DNA of 64,000 nt. It comes from Camelus dromedarius. Its lineage: Eukaryota. This document shows, in pieces, positions 36,421 to 50,574 of this stretch (position 1 is the stretch's first letter; each line of letters opens with the position of its first letter). The notes beneath the pieces were generated by a model, which saw nothing but the letters and a program-made list of their open reading frames with translations, searched no databases and was not told where the DNA came from. The stretch is taken from the NCBI RefSeq assembly GCF_036321535.1, contig NC_087472.1, positions 94,366,001-94,430,000 on the forward strand, in the 5' to 3' direction. The translations under genes and the position numbers were made by a program.

Positions 36421-39400
36421 AAAATCATCAGCAAGCCTTCATTTTGCATGACTCTGCAGCTTACAAGTTCTGCTGTCACTGCATTTGAGGGTGTGGAAAA
36501 CCCTGGCCTCATGCAAGGTCTCTAAAATGCTCAAAAATAACTTGAGACTAAATCTATTACGCCTGTCATCTTTGTATACATCAGTCTTGAGTGAAGTGTG
36601 AGCTTTGATCCTGGAACACAAAAACATCCTCTCATCTAGGTGCTCAATGGCCTCCTAAATTTTCTGCCCTTGTATATTTAGTTCCTCACCTGTTATCTGT
36701 ATCGCATCCAGAATGTCCTGATCAAAGTGTTTATAAAGTATTTATTCATTTACTTACTTTTGCCCACTCTAAGGTCTTTATTCATGATATTTCTGATAGG
36801 CAGTGTATTTTATTTCTCCTACTCTTCACAGAAATCACTCCTACATATCTTTCTAATCTCAACCTTAGTGTCACTTTTCCTGGGATTCCTCCCTAAGTCA
36901 AATACTTCTGTTAAAGATTCTCACAACACTATCTACTTCTAGAGCGTATGCATGGTTGACGTTCTGAAATTCTTTGCGTGGATATGTGTTTAATGTTTAA
37001 TGCTCATTTCCTGCCACCAGGCATATGCCCCATGCAAGCAGAGGTCATATCTGATTTTATTCTTCATTCTATCTCCAGTATCCTCCGAAGTACCAGACAT
37101 TTAGTAGACTCTCAATTTATTTTTGTTTAAACTTAGAAGGAAGGAAGGAAGGAACAAACGGAGGAGTGAAGGAATGGAGGAAAAAAGTTTTGTTTTGTTT
37201 TTTTTCCCAGAAACTCTGAGAGTATTAGGAACACAAAGCTGTGGTAGAAAGCCTTTGACATATTAATTGTCCAAGTGAGGGACTGGGACACATATCCAAA
37301 GCCCAAACTGGACTACTCATAAATGAATTGTACCACCAGCACTGGAAAATTGCCGAACTGGGATTATGGAAGTCTTGTTATAGCAAATACGGGACCTAAG
37401 CAAGAAAGTTCAAATAAGGTCAGTGACCCCCTAGAAGGTCTGAACTAGAGAAACTTATGTGAAGATCAAAGTAAATTCTAAGAGCAAGAACTATCAGTCA
37501 GAATCAATCACCAGTCAGGGATGTTATGATGCTCCCAGCTAAGGGCTCCTGGCTCTGCCTTCTCATCTGTGATACTGTCATCCCAGGAGGCTGCCTCAGA
37601 GCAGGACCTACAAATGGCAAGAGACTAAATTTTTAAGTAACTGTATTTTCTTATTCGATTGCTCTTCCAGGCTTTTCACATTTTGCACCTTTGTACATCT
37701 TACTATTTAAATGTGTTCTTTTAAGAAATGAAAATTATAAAGAAGACATTCAAAGAAATGTAGGTAAAGTTGGGAAATAGTGATAAAGTTGGGAGTTTTC
37801 AGTGTGGTTGAATTTCCTGACAGTAAATAACACTTCTGAGGCTATGGACAAGGCTTTTTGCACTAAAACTTTTAATATAATTTAATCATCTCCAACCTCC
37901 CCCTACCCCACCATAGGCATTATTCCTATTGTGCAGGTAAGGGACAAGCCTCGTAAGGTCTTAGAGTTCTATGGAAATAGCTTTAAGCATGTCTAGACTA
38001 AGGTTCATGGTATTTCCATGGGGAAGTGATAACCTTGAAACTAAGATCTTTCTCCCTTTACAATAGACTCCTCGTATATTTGCTTTCTGCAGTTGTAACA
38101 CTTGAAAAAGCAAAACCACTTTCCTCTCCCTTTGTATAGAGGAATGAGGAGGTACTAATGTGATAGAGAAATAACATTAGTAAATCTATAGAAAAGATCT
38201 TTCTTAAGGATGGATTTTAAGAGAGCTAGAATCACATTTTTCAAACTTTACAGGAATGTATTTTTTTTCAAATGAGATCGTCCCCCAAACTATATATAAA
38301 CAAAAGAGGAGCTGCCCTGGCAGAATTGAGGGTTGAGGAGCCTCTTGGATCCTGAACTCCCTTCCTTTCTAGCTGCGGTGCCTGGGGACATCTCTGGAAA
38401 AACCCAGAGCCCTGAGGAACACAAAGGTTAGAGCCTGTAAGTTCAGAGGGAAGGGAGGAGGCAGCCTTGGGGCTGTTGAGGTGGGACATCAATCAAAGGA
38501 GAAGGAAAACTTAGCCTTCTCCTCTTCATTTTAAATATGGATGAAACTCGTTTAAACATTCATATCATTATCATCTTTAGCATTATTTTTTCTACACTGC
38601 TTCCAGGCATATGTAATTTGGACATTTCTTTAGCTGTCTGAAAAGTAACTGAATCCCAGCTGGTGAATTCCACCATTCTGGTTTTCTCCTCTTAGGGTAC
38701 ACCTTGACCTATGCGTCTTGAGAGTTTAGTGTGGACCAGGGGTATGGTTATTCTCCGTGCATGACTAATACAATCAGGACATTCAAAATCATATCCCAGC
38801 AGAGGCACACATCCTCCTTCTGGATACTCGTTTTCAGCCATCTATGCTAATTTCTCATTGCCGTTCAGCTCTTACTGTGTTCCTGTATTTAACTAATTTA
38901 GCACATTTCCCTTTCATTTTTCCTTACGGTTGACTTGGTTTCTTTCTTATACATCCAGACTTTTTGTAAAGAATGGTAACTCCCTTCACCTCTTAATTAT
39001 ATATTTACTTAATGATGATCAAACTACTAATGGAAAATTTGCTTTTAATATTAACTATTCATTACAGATGATGATAAGCCCTACGTGAAAGGCTTTCTTT
39101 TTCTTAGTATTCTAATCTTAGACTGAAACTTACATGGTATGTTATCTCTTTCTCCATTTTGCAGATGAGGTCATTTGTTTAGTCTTTTAGTCGTATTAGT
39201 GTGGCCTAATTGAAATAGACAGGAGATATTAATCCTGGTTTGGGCTCTGTGAGATACCAGATAAAAGGCTGATTTTTGCCATTATCTCGTGGAAACTAAT
39301 GGATCTCTTTTTCAATAGATCAATATTGAAATGGCATAATTTGCCTCAGTTAATGAAAGTTCTTAAAGAATACAATGTTGTGTAATGATGCTATCCAAAA

Positions 39401-40235
39401 TAAAGGAAGGAGAATCATGGATTACAGGACAGCTCCTAAAACTTGATTTTAATTTAGAAAAGGCTCCAACATTTATACCACTTTTAATAAGCTTTAGCTT
39501 CATCATCATTAAAGTAACACCCACTTGTGTAGTGATAAGGACACAGGCACTGATCATTTGTAAAATTATGAGATTTTCACACAATTAGAAATCAACATTT
39601 CTAAACAAAATGGCCAATTTTTCCGTTCATAACTAACAAAAATCCTACCAAATATAACCCTACCTATATTTTTTCCTACATATGATATTAAACATCTGTA
39701 CCCTATACATATAAAACAAATTCAGCTCAGCATTTAATTTGTTAGTTATCATTCCTACATCTTGTTGTAATGGGATCTAAACCATCTTTTCCCAATTCAG
39801 TTGAAGAAACATTTAGAGTACAATGCTCTAAAAACCCTAAAAAATGCAATTAAGTAAGTGCAGTGTTGGTCCTTTGAGTGGTTGCTGATAGAATATGAGT
39901 GCATACGAGGGTCTGTTTTCTACTTTAGTCCATTCCCACATCTCTAAGGCTTCAGTCATTTATACCTTAATTCCTTCAGCAAGTGTTTAAGAGCGCGTGA
40001 TGCTAAGGTATCACTCTAATCACTGATGCGTTATATGATTGACCCGATGTATGCCCTCACATATCGAATGAAGAAGATATAAAATTAAGCAGGCGAAAAA
40101 TAAAATGCAGTAAGTCCTGTGATAAGGGAAACACTGGGTGGCAAGACCATACATTGCCAGAACATGAGGAGCTTGGAAAAACATTGAATTCTTAGGTCAC
40201 ACTCACTGGCTTTTTCCTTTTTCTTCTCTAGCATA

Positions 40236-40665
40236 TGTGTCAATGCTCTGCCTATATTCTCTTGTTACTCACAATTCTAGTAAAAGCTTATAGCACCCAG
40301 TGAGAAGCATGTGCAACCCCAACCCCTCAAGCTGTGTGTGTGGGACAGGCTAGAATTCCTGGTGAGTTAATACCCCCAAGAGCAGCCCTTAACCAATAAC
40401 AATAGGATTTGGAGATAAATATCTAAGCTTCCTTAGCCCTCAGGTAGGAAATCTCAGAGGCACATACCGGGCTGTTTCCCAGAGTTCCTGAGTGGGATTG
40501 TGTCTGGGTTGCCCACAGGAGTAACACACCCTTAATTGGCTTCCTTTCCTTACCTGTGCCATGTCTCCCCTCCCCAGCAGGTTTTTCCAGGGTCACCTTC
40601 CAAATAACCTACCTGCAGCCAAATCCTTGTGTCAGAGTTTACACTAGGAGGAACCCAGTCTACTA
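40236..40665 (+). mobile_element. LTR16-like ERVL solo LTR
   Basis: gcagcccttaaccaat, gggtcaccttccaaataacctacctgca..aatccttgtgtcagag..aggaggaaccca. Confidence 0.8.
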
Positions 40666-41871
40666 TATTCATGCTCTAGAACCTATAGAAGCTTCCTTTA
40701 TAACTCTTGACTCTTCAGTGCTAGTCCATCCATCTGATCTCTTGGACTTAACCACTTCAGATAAAATAAATGAAGGCCATTAAATTTATCACCAAAGCCA
40801 AAACTAAAATACTGTGTTTCTGAATCTAAGACCATTGATATTTCTACAAAAATCATGATAGTCTGTCCCCAGTCAAACTCAAATGTCAGGAACAAATACC
40901 GTGTCATACAGAAGCCTGTTATAATTATCTGGTAAATAATTTCTCAGCTAGATCACTGAAATTGACATGCTCATCTTGAGTACTGAAAAGGCAAGAATCT
41001 TGTCGTTATTCCTGGACAAGCCATATTTATTCAGCTATATAAGTAACTTGGTGCCTGTATTCTTATGTAGAACTTTGCCATGCAAAGTAAAACAATGATA
41101 CCAAATTTCAAGACCCCAATTCTTATAAACAAAAGCATACATAAAGGAATGATCAACATGCTGATTACTAGATTAAAACACCTAGATTATTATTTAGAAC
41201 AGACCTAATGACAATCACAAGCATATAACTGACTTTCTTGTGTCAATATTTGGCATGTTAGACTCTATAGAAACTATCAGAGTAAAAGAGGAGAATGTAG
41301 TGCAGCTTCCCCTGCATGTACTTTGGGTTAGTGCTAAAAGCAGATTTGAGATATTTTCCTAAGGGACAGAAACTGCCATTTTCTATATATCTTTCTGGTG
41401 TTGAAATGAGCCTTTGATCATTTTTAAAAATTGCAGGTGACTATATTTTAAACCATTTGAAGTATAACTGGAAACTGATATTTTTCTGTTTGATATAGAA
41501 GATGGGTTTTCATATTCCTTCTCTTAAAATATTTTTCTGAATATCTACTATGTGTCATGATGCTTTTTATAAAATTTTTGGATACATAAAGTTATCAGGA
41601 CTGGACTCTGGCACGTGAATGCTTTTGGTTGATAGGAAGCACAAATTAAATGTAGAATAAGTGCATCAAGTAATTGTTAAAGTGATCATTTCTTTACACG
41701 TTCAAATATTTATTTATATTCTGCTGTGTTCCAAAAAGAGATACTTGATAAAAAATACTTTTACTGAAAGAAAGTTTAAAATGTGTATTTCAGACATCAA
41801 GACAAAAGGAAAAGAACTACAGAAAAAGAATACAGTTGAAAGTAAAGGTACTATACTGAGAAACATATAAA

Positions 41872-42567
41872 TGTGGACAACCATAGATTTTATGGAGGAT
41901 TCCAAATTTATCACTAAGAACTCTCTGCTAGCCATCTTCCATTCAGTCCTGCAGTGCAATCCTCTGTCCTTCTATAATTTGAACTCTGCCTCTTGGCATC
42001 TGACCTGTTTGGACTACGTCAACGAGCTTCCTAGCCCTCTGGTTTCTAGTTGAGTTATCCCATGGGCATACCCAGTGGGCAATTGTGGAGAAGCAAGAGA
42101 ATGAGGTCAGGGTATTTATTTCTTTTGCTCTTAACTGTAGGTCACCTCAGCCAGGTTGTATGCCTCAAATAATATCACTGTTTCTTTGACGGAAGCCCTC
42201 TGTGTACAATAGGTTCCGTGTTTTCATCATCACTCTACTTCCTCATGACTTCAGGCCTGAGACTGATCAAATCTTTGCTGTTACAGGAGGAGGGTACAGG
42301 TCAGTGGTAGAGTGCATCCTTGGCATGTACGAGGTCATGGGTTCAATCCGTAAGACCTCTGTTAAGTAAAAAAGTAATAAATAAATAAGTAAACCTAATA
42401 CCCACCCCCAAATGATCTTTGCTGTTATTGTGATAGAATTCCTATACTATCCTGAATGGCTTCCCTACACACTGCTTACACCTTTGCAAATAGTCCCTTT
42501 ATTGGACTCTCTTTGACATTTTCTATTTTTGGTATTTATTTTCATTTGAGACCTCCACGACTGATAC
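41872..42567 (+). mobile_element. LTR33-like ERVL solo LTR
   Basis: ctgacctgtttggactacgtcaacgagcttcctagccctctgg, gaggtcagggtatttatt, ending gactgataca. Confidence 0.8.
42285..42412 (+). mobile_element. tRNA-Ala-derived SINE (Vic-1-like) nested in LTR33
   Basis: gagggtacaggtcagtggtagagtgc...gggttcaatcc; 13-bp TSD atctttgctgtta at 42271-42283 and 42415-42427. Confidence 0.88.
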
Positions 42568-44861
42568 AACCCCAGCTTCTCAAATGAAGAAATAATCTCG
42601 AGCAAAATCATGGTGCACAATGTTTATCAGGTTAAAAATACTAGCAATTAAAGAAAGTATTTTAGTAAAAGAGTGTATAATCTTCCTAAGGAAAAGTTCA
42701 TAGCAAATGCATTATCAAGGGTACACTAGAATTAGCTTTATGTAAAAAATGTATAACATCTTCAATAGCAATTCAACGGTAGGTTAAAAAGTAAATGGCT
42801 GTATTTAATAGCATCCTTCATGGAACTAGTAAACATTATGTCCAATATACAGATCTCATGTGACTCAGTCAGGATTTGTTTTTCTCTCCTACTGCCCCTT
42901 AAATGTATTTGATAGGATTGCATTTCCCCTGCCTCTGGATGAAATTTGTGGCAAAAATGAATGTTTTTGTTTTATCTAACCAGTAGTTAAGACATTCATT
43001 CCAATGTAATAACCAAAAAAGTTTACTAACTTGGTCCTATGATGAGAATGTAAGGTCCTTTTTTCTCCTGGTCTTTTGCTTCTACCTGTCCTTCTCTGTC
43101 TCTCTTATTATGATCTATGTCCCTTTCCAGGTGGAACAGGTGAAGTGATAAGGATCAGAGGAAGAGAGATGATATAAAGAGAGCAGGAAAGTTCTATCTG
43201 ATTGGTGCCGTGGCGGTGCTTCGGTGTTCTGAAATTGGAGAGTGTTTAGGCTTGGCCATTTGTTTCAGGGAGCACTTTTATAGGTTCTTCAGATTCTTTC
43301 CTTTATAACCAAGCTCCAGGCCCAGGGTTTCCTCACCTATATTTCCCTCAGTGAAGAAGAATTGTTCTCTAGTCACTTCTTTCTATAATCACTTCGTTAC
43401 ATCCCAGGCATCTGGTAGTGATTTCTAGCTTATTAATTAGTGGAGTCTGTTTGCGTCTCTACAAGAACCCTTAGACAGAACACAGGACAACTCCATGCAT
43501 GCTTTTTCACGCAGAGCCCCAAGGAGGACACTCACATATTCAGACCTCTTAGAAGCACTTGGAGCAGGGCAATTACATACCAGAACGCGGTCCTCAGTCT
43601 CGTACCACAGACCTGTTCAGACTGCCTCTTGTCATTTATGGTTTTAGGCCGCGAGTCAGATCCCCAGATATCATTTCCTCTTTCATCCTAAAACAAAAAC
43701 AAAAACACCTGCCAGTGACACATATTCAGTGCTCTAAATGGAGTCTTTAGTAGTTCCTCTCTCTTAAGCTGAGACCAAGGCAAAAGCACCAAGAAGCCCC
43801 TTCTTTTGACAAGACAGTATTTTCTTACAGCACGCAATTGGTTCTCTTTAGATAAGTCTTTCATAATCACCTACTCCCAACAATTTTGTACCTTCCATAT
43901 CAGTGACCCCAGATCTCATTCTGGAAATATACCTCAAACAACACTTACATTTTAATAGTTTATTATAAAACTTAATGGTCTAATGCATAAGCATAATTCT
44001 GTAAACATACTTTATATGAAGCCAAAATAATGTCAATGTTCCATCACAAAATCTAGGAATCTACTTGCATCCTTACCCATCGGACTCAGTTTTCTTTGCT
44101 TTACAATGGAAAATATGTACCTATGTCTGATGAAGGTAAAGCCCTTCCATTTGTCTCCTGTGACCTGTGCTAATCTAGAAGTTTGGTCTTACAAGATCTC
44201 TTCTCTGTCCTATATCTCAGTGTGCTTTTAGAGAAAAGCATATAGTAGAGACTACATCATTCCCATCTGCACTGAAAGATAATCTAGTAACTTCCATCGT
44301 TAAAACACTCTGTAATGTGTTACCCTCTGTTAGAGCTTGAAGGGTCACCCAGTAATTCACACTGCTTTTGTTCCAAGATCTCTACCAATTGAGAGATAAA
44401 ATGTAAAGTATAAGGAATATTAAATCAGCTTAAATCAGCTTTACTAACCTGTTATATTGGCACTTTTTGATATCAACAATGGAGAAACTTAAACATGTGC
44501 ATGTGATAGCAGGGATAAGTCTCTTCATTGCGCTAAAATCTGTAGCAGCAGAAAAGAAAATGATTATGATCTAATGTCCACTACTAAGAAATTAAGCAGG
44601 GTACAAAATCATAATGTATCTTCACTGTGAATGAGATGCATCAATTAAAATTGATGATAAAGATGCATACGTGCTGATTTTGAAAAATCTCCAATATGTA
44701 GTTAAGATGAAAAAGCAAGCTGCAGAATGACACATTATGCTACAGTTTATGCAAATAAATTACAAAATATTGCTATGCTTTTCTATTTGGATGCACATTA
44801 ATGTATGGAAAGTTTTTGTGAGCATAACTTCTCGAAAGGAAACAACATGGAATTCAGGGAT

Positions 44862-45255
44862 TGTGAGAGATTGCAAATGGCCACAATTCTTTGCAACTCC
44901 TCTAATTAAGAGGTAGAGTATATTTCTTAACTCATGCAATCTGGGTTGGCCTTGAGACTTGGCACTTTCACATTGTTCAAGTTACAAGCCTAGGTTTCAG
45001 AAGGTCTTCCAGCTTCTGATCTGAGACCACTTACTTGAAGACTGAGATGTCATATGGAGAGAAACCCAGCCATCCCAGCCATCCCACTTATCTCAGTTAT
45101 CTCAACCATCCCAGCATCCTAACCATCCCAGCCATCCCAGCTATCCCAGCTGAGGCATATGCATGTGAGCAAACTCAACTGATCATAAGTGGAACAGAAA
45201 TCAGACTTGATTCCAGCCCAAATTACTGATCCACAGAATAGTGAGAAAATAAATA
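44862..45255 (+). mobile_element. MaLR LTR (MLT1F/G-like) with an internal (CCATCCCAG)n array
   Basis: gcaaatggccacaattctttgcaactcctc, ccagcccaaattactgatccacagaatagtgag; 9-bp units at ~45066-45150; flanked by L1ME-like sequence. Confidence 0.8.
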
Positions 45256-45789
45256 TATATTTTCAATGCAGAAAGAAGATAAATAATATAGCACTGTTCT
45301 TCAAAATGCATTTTAGTTTTATGTGTAATTTAAAAAAATATTTTACAAGGAGACTATATGTCTGTATTAATATCTGTATTGTGCAATTAACATTTGTTTA
45401 AAAGATAAAATAAAAATATTTATACAGAGAAAAATTGTATATGGTACTTCTAACTTTTAATAGACTAACCAAATAAAACACTATATACCTATGTTCTAAT
45501 GAGGTTATTTGGGGCATATTTAGTAGTCAATGTAGGAAGCAGAAACTGACTTCTTTCCTTTTCAATATTCTTAGTGTCAGAGGAGATTATTCTCATGGCT
45601 TGGACATCCTCCTCTAGAATAGATCCTCTTCAACCTTTGCTTTCCTCAAGTCTCTGCCAGAGCCTTTTTCTTTTTGAAAATGTCAAAATGTGAGCATCGG
45701 GTCTTAGGAGTCATCTAAATAAATGGGTTTTAATTTAATACAGTAACCACTGCCTCCCTGCCAATGACCACCTTCAGAATTGACTTAAG

Positions 45790-46000
45790 ACATGATCTCT
45801 GGAACTCAGACTGCTTTCATACTTAATATACTCTACAAGTGTACCCTTGGGAAGATGCCTAACCCCTCTATGCTTCAATTTGCTTATCTATAAAATGAAT
45901 ATAATAATAATAACACTTCATAGTTGTTATGAGAAGTAACATATAGAAAACATTTCGAGCTTTGGCACAAAGTGCAGTAGCTGTGAAGATGTTTGTCATT
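45790..46000 (+). mobile_element. MIR
   Basis: ccttgggaagatgcctaacccctctatgcttcaatttgcttatctataaaatg. Confidence 0.75.
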
Positions 46001-46087
46001 ATTATTTTCTGTCATCAGGAGTTAGCACCTGATTCTTAGTGATATCTCTTCTCAAGCTTACCATCTTAAGAGTTTGGGTTCATTCTT

Positions 46088-47357
46088 TTTTTCCCACTTT
46101 TTTATTGTAGTAAAATGCACATAAGTTAATTACCATTTTGACCATTTTTAACTGCGTAGTTCAGTAATGTTAAACACATTTCCATTGTGCACCTATCCCG
46201 CCTCTCCATCCCCATAACTCTTTTCATCTTGTAAAACTAAAACTCTACACCTGTTCAACAATAACTCCTCATACTCGCCTCCCTTTAGCCCCTGGCAACC
46301 ACCATTATTCTTTCTGTTTTTATTATTTTGACTACTCTAGACCTCATATAGATGGAATCATGTAGTATTTTCTTCTTGTGACTGACATTTCACTTAGCAT
46401 AATGTCCTCAAGGTTCATCCATGTTGCAGCACATTGCAGAATTTCCTTCCTTTTTCAGGCTGAATAATATTCCATTGTATGTATATACTACATTTTGTTT
46501 ATCCATTCACTCATCAATGGACAGTTGAGTTGGTTTCGTGTTTTAGCTATCGTGAGTAATGCTGCTTTGAACATAGATGGACAAATATCTCTTTGAGACC
46601 CTGCTTTCAGTTCTTTTAGGTATATGCCCGGAAGTGGGATTGCTAGTTCATATGATAGTTCTGTTTCTGATTTTTTGAGGAACTACCATACTGTTTTCCA
46701 CGGTGGCTGTACCATTTTACATTGCCACCAGCAGTGCACAAGGGTTTCAATTTCTCCACATCCTTATTTGTTCTTTTCTGTCTTTTTGACAGTGAGTTTC
46801 CTAATGGGTGTAGTTTTCATTTGCATTTCCCTAATGATTAGGGACATTTTCATGTGCATATTGGCTATTCATATATCTTTTTTTGGAGAAATGTCTGTTC
46901 AAGTCCTTTGACCATTTTTTAATTGGGTTGTTTATTTGTTGTTGAGTTTTAGGAGTTCTCTATATATTCTGGATATTAATCTCTTATCAGATATATTATT
47001 TGCATATATTTCCTCCCAATCTGTGGGTAGCCTTTTAACTCTGTGGATAATGTCTTTTGATTTGGAGGACAGGGTCCTTTTTTACCTGCTGGCTCCTGAA
47101 ACCTACATGGAAGCTGCTCCAGGAACATGTGCACAGCTGCCTTTCTCATGGCTGGGAATTAGGGATGTGTAGCTACTACTGTGCTAAAAGCTAAAATTGA
47201 CCGAAATTAGCAATTTTCAGTCCATCTTCCCCTGGAAATTACAAGCCTTCAACAGACCTCAGTCTGTTGCATCAAGCAGATTCTGCCATGCAATTGCTGT
47301 CAAGGTGGGGAGGCAGAATCCTCATGCATCCTACTCTGCCATCTTCCCAGAATCCTC
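46088..47357 (-). mobile_element. L1 (L1MA/MB-like) with its 5' terminus fused to the 3' end
   Basis: 3' UTR/ORF2 end at 46088-47060; L1 5'-UTR start at 47061-47357 (sense gaggattctgggaagatggcagagtag); perfect 15-bp TSD tttgggttcattctt at 46073-46087 and 47358-47372. Confidence 0.85.
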
Positions 47358-48422
47358 TTTGGGTTCATTCTTGATAGGCTTGTTATTCTTAATGGTCAGC
47401 TCATTAGAGTTAGGGCTTATTTCTAATTTGCTTGACTGTGTTACTTTCTTAGTAAATCTAATTTACTAAATACTAAGGACATATTTTGCAATTGGAGTGT
47501 ACAAAAGGATTTTGAATCCATTTACTCAGAATAATACTTTTATTTTCTTATAAAAGTTATAGGTCTGTTTCATTTTGGAGTTAAGTATAAAATTTTAACA
47601 ACCTGACATTAAATAGTTCCCTTCCAGGTCCCAAAATTAAACGCAGAATCTTGAGCTTCTTGCACAGTGAAATAGCAAATGTTTCATGGGAGGTTTTATA
47701 ACCTCAGCATGGAAATGAAGACTATACAAGAGATTATACCTGACAGAGGGCAGTGAGAAGGAAAATATAAAATTTACTATAACTTAAAACTTGGGTTGTG
47801 GACTCCCTTACATAAACACACACACACTCTCTCTCTCACTAACAGTAATAGCTAGACTGGGCATTTTAAATACTAAATATCTACCTCAAATATATGAACA
47901 TTTAAACTCAGTTTAGTGTTACTCTTCCCTGTCCCCAGAGGAGATAAATTCAAATTTATTCCTTAGGAAATCCCTATAAAGTATTATCTGCTTATTGATG
48001 TTGACTTCTCTTTAACCCATCCTACTGTTTACTCACAGAACTCAGGATCAAAGGAAAATCAGCAGATGGTGCAGACAACTTCCTCCTGTTTCTGAAATAT
48101 TTCTCTATAATTTGTTAGGAAACAATGAGGAGAAGAAATACCTAAACTTTTTCAGTCCTTCATGTAGAATATGGATCAAATAAACCCAGGCTACAGGACT
48201 GTCAAAGAATGACATATATATATATGTCATATAAAATATATGTAATGAGTATAGTAGAGAACTGACTTTTAAATAATCTTATACATGAAATAATAGCCAT
48301 AAAGTTATAGAGTAAAAGTAAGGTAGTAAGAATTGGAGTCTTTTCTTCAGAATTCTAATAAACCACAATTGGAGTTCATGGTCTTTATCAGCTTTTATGC
48401 TTATATGAGTATTAAAAGATAA

Positions 48423-49070
48423 GTCTTCTAGTTTCTGGGTTGGCATGTTAAAAAACTTGGAGGTCATCACTACCCTACCAAGAAATTTGGTGGGACCTTA
48501 CAAAATTAAACCTACTGTTAGCATATGATCCAGCAATCACCTTCTTTGGTATTTACCCAGAGGATCTGAAAACTGTGTCCACACAAAGACCTATACACAG
48601 ACATTTATACCAGTTTTATTGATTACTGCCAAAACATGGAAACAACCAAGATGTCCTTCAGTAGGTGAATGGATAAACTGTGGTACATCCAGACAATGGA
48701 ATATTATTGTGTTTAAAAAAAAAAAAACAAATGCATATTACTAAGTGAAAGAGAAGCCAATTTGAAAAGGTTACATACTGTATGAATCCAACTATACAAC
48801 ATCCTGGGAAAGGCAGAACTGTGGAAACAAAACATCAGTTGTTGCCATGTGGTTCGGGGAGGGATGAGTAAGTGGAGCACAGTGGCTTTTAAGGTGGCGA
48901 AAATACTCTATGATTCTCTATGATTTTATAATGATGGGTACATGTAATTGTACATTTGTCCAAATCCATAGAATGTACAACACCAAAAGCGAACCCTAAA
49001 ATGAACTGTGGACTTTGGGTGATTACAATGTGTCAATGTAGGTTCATCATCAACAATAAAAATTAAAAAT
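48423..49070 (+). mobile_element. L1MC-like 3' end preceded by ~70 nt of L1 5'-end-like sequence
   Basis: ccaagatgtccttcagtaggtgaatggataaa, catacatttgtcca-type and aatgtgtcaatgtaggttcatc motifs. Confidence 0.8.
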
Positions 49071-49672
49071 TAAAAATGATAACAGCCTTTTAAATCTGTT
49101 TACAAAGAGAAGTATATTTCAAGTGTAATGTATATGGAAAATAGTGTCATTTCCTCTCCTTCCCCCCTTTCAAATAAAAGTATCTTGATTACATTTAATT
49201 ACCTTTAACTTGTGGGGGTATGTTCTTTTATCTGTAGTCATACAAGCAAACATACACACATGTAGGCATGTGAGTTTGTCATAAGTGGGATCTTACTGCT
49301 CTGCAGCCTTCTTCTTTGTCACCTCCCCTTAATAGTATAATAATTTTACAGGGTCATTAAGCATCCTTTTCTGCATTTTACTTTCATTGGTCAGACATTA
49401 TTGCATCAATTTGCTAGTTACCTTTTGATTACTAATATTATTCTAATACTTATCATTTTAAATACTACAGCCATGAACTTCCTTCTGTATAAATCTTTAC
49501 ACACAAATATCAGATTTTCTCTGAGTAAATTATTAATGGTCAAGGGGTCTGTATGGTTTTAAATTTTTGAATATTTATTTGTCTCAAATTTCTACTAATA
49601 TAATCTATCATCAGTTGTATCTAAAAAGGCCCATTTGCCAGTAAACTGAACTCCCTGAGGATTATAGTATTG

Positions 49673-49780
49673 TTTTTTTTTTCTTTTTCTTTTTTTTTTA
49701 AATTGAAGCACAGGTGATTTATAGTGTTGTGTTAGTCTCAGGTGTAGAGCAAGCATAGTGATTCAGTTATGCATATATAT

Positions 49781-49812
<32 letters not shown>

Positions 49813-49999
49813 TATTTTTCAGATTCTTTTCCACAGTAGGTTATTACAAGGCATTGAATACAGTTCCCTGTGCTATGCAGTAGGTCCTTGTTTATCTATT
49901 TTATATACAGTAGTGTGTGTCTGTTAATCCCAAACTCCTAATTTATCCCTCCTCCTGCCTTTCCCCTTTGGTAACCATAGTTTGTTTTCTATGTCTGTA
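49673..49999 (-). mobile_element. Short L1 3' end (same family as the 1956 and 11625 copies)
   Basis: ttgaagcacaggtgattta..., cagttccctgtgctatgcagtaggtccttg; TSD core atagtattg at 49664-49672 and 50000-50008. Confidence 0.88.
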
Positions 50000-50574
50000 A
50001 TAGTATTGGTTTTAAGGACCAGTTTCTTAGTTGACATATTATATTTTGTCATTTTGTTGTATTTTGTTCTTAATGCAATATACATTCATTGGATCACTAG
50101 TATTTTCTCACAGCTTACATATGATTATTAATCATTAGTAATTTTGAATAGTCTGTGAAATGTGTTTGTTTTTCTGTTGGCATGTTCAGTTTATTAGGGT
50201 ATTAAATCAGTTATACTATATATGGAATCTTTAGGTGTGTCTCTTTAGAGAGAGGGTCTAGGATCTACAAGGGTTGAAGTATTTTTCTTTGGACTGAAAG
50301 TTCTTGACTTCTTATCATGGTAGAACAGCTATACTTACAACCTACTTTCTTCTTAAACATGTAGAAGTCATTGAGAAAATATATTAAAATGTATAAGGTA
50401 TGTGGGGTGCATATATATACATATATTGGCAGTGAGGAGGGGTATTAAACTACTTTTAGTGGTTACGGATCCAAAGGACTGAACAGTGGCATGAATGAGG
50501 CCAGTTCCCCTGACTGAATCCAGGGCTGGTGCTATGAACCCCCAAAACCAGTAGCTTGCTTGTGGCAAGGGGGA

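Noticed and set aside
45066..45150. CRISPR-like or coding repeat (PAIPAIPA)
   Set aside because: A 9-bp tandem unit with no spacers, inside a MaLR LTR in a eukaryotic genome.
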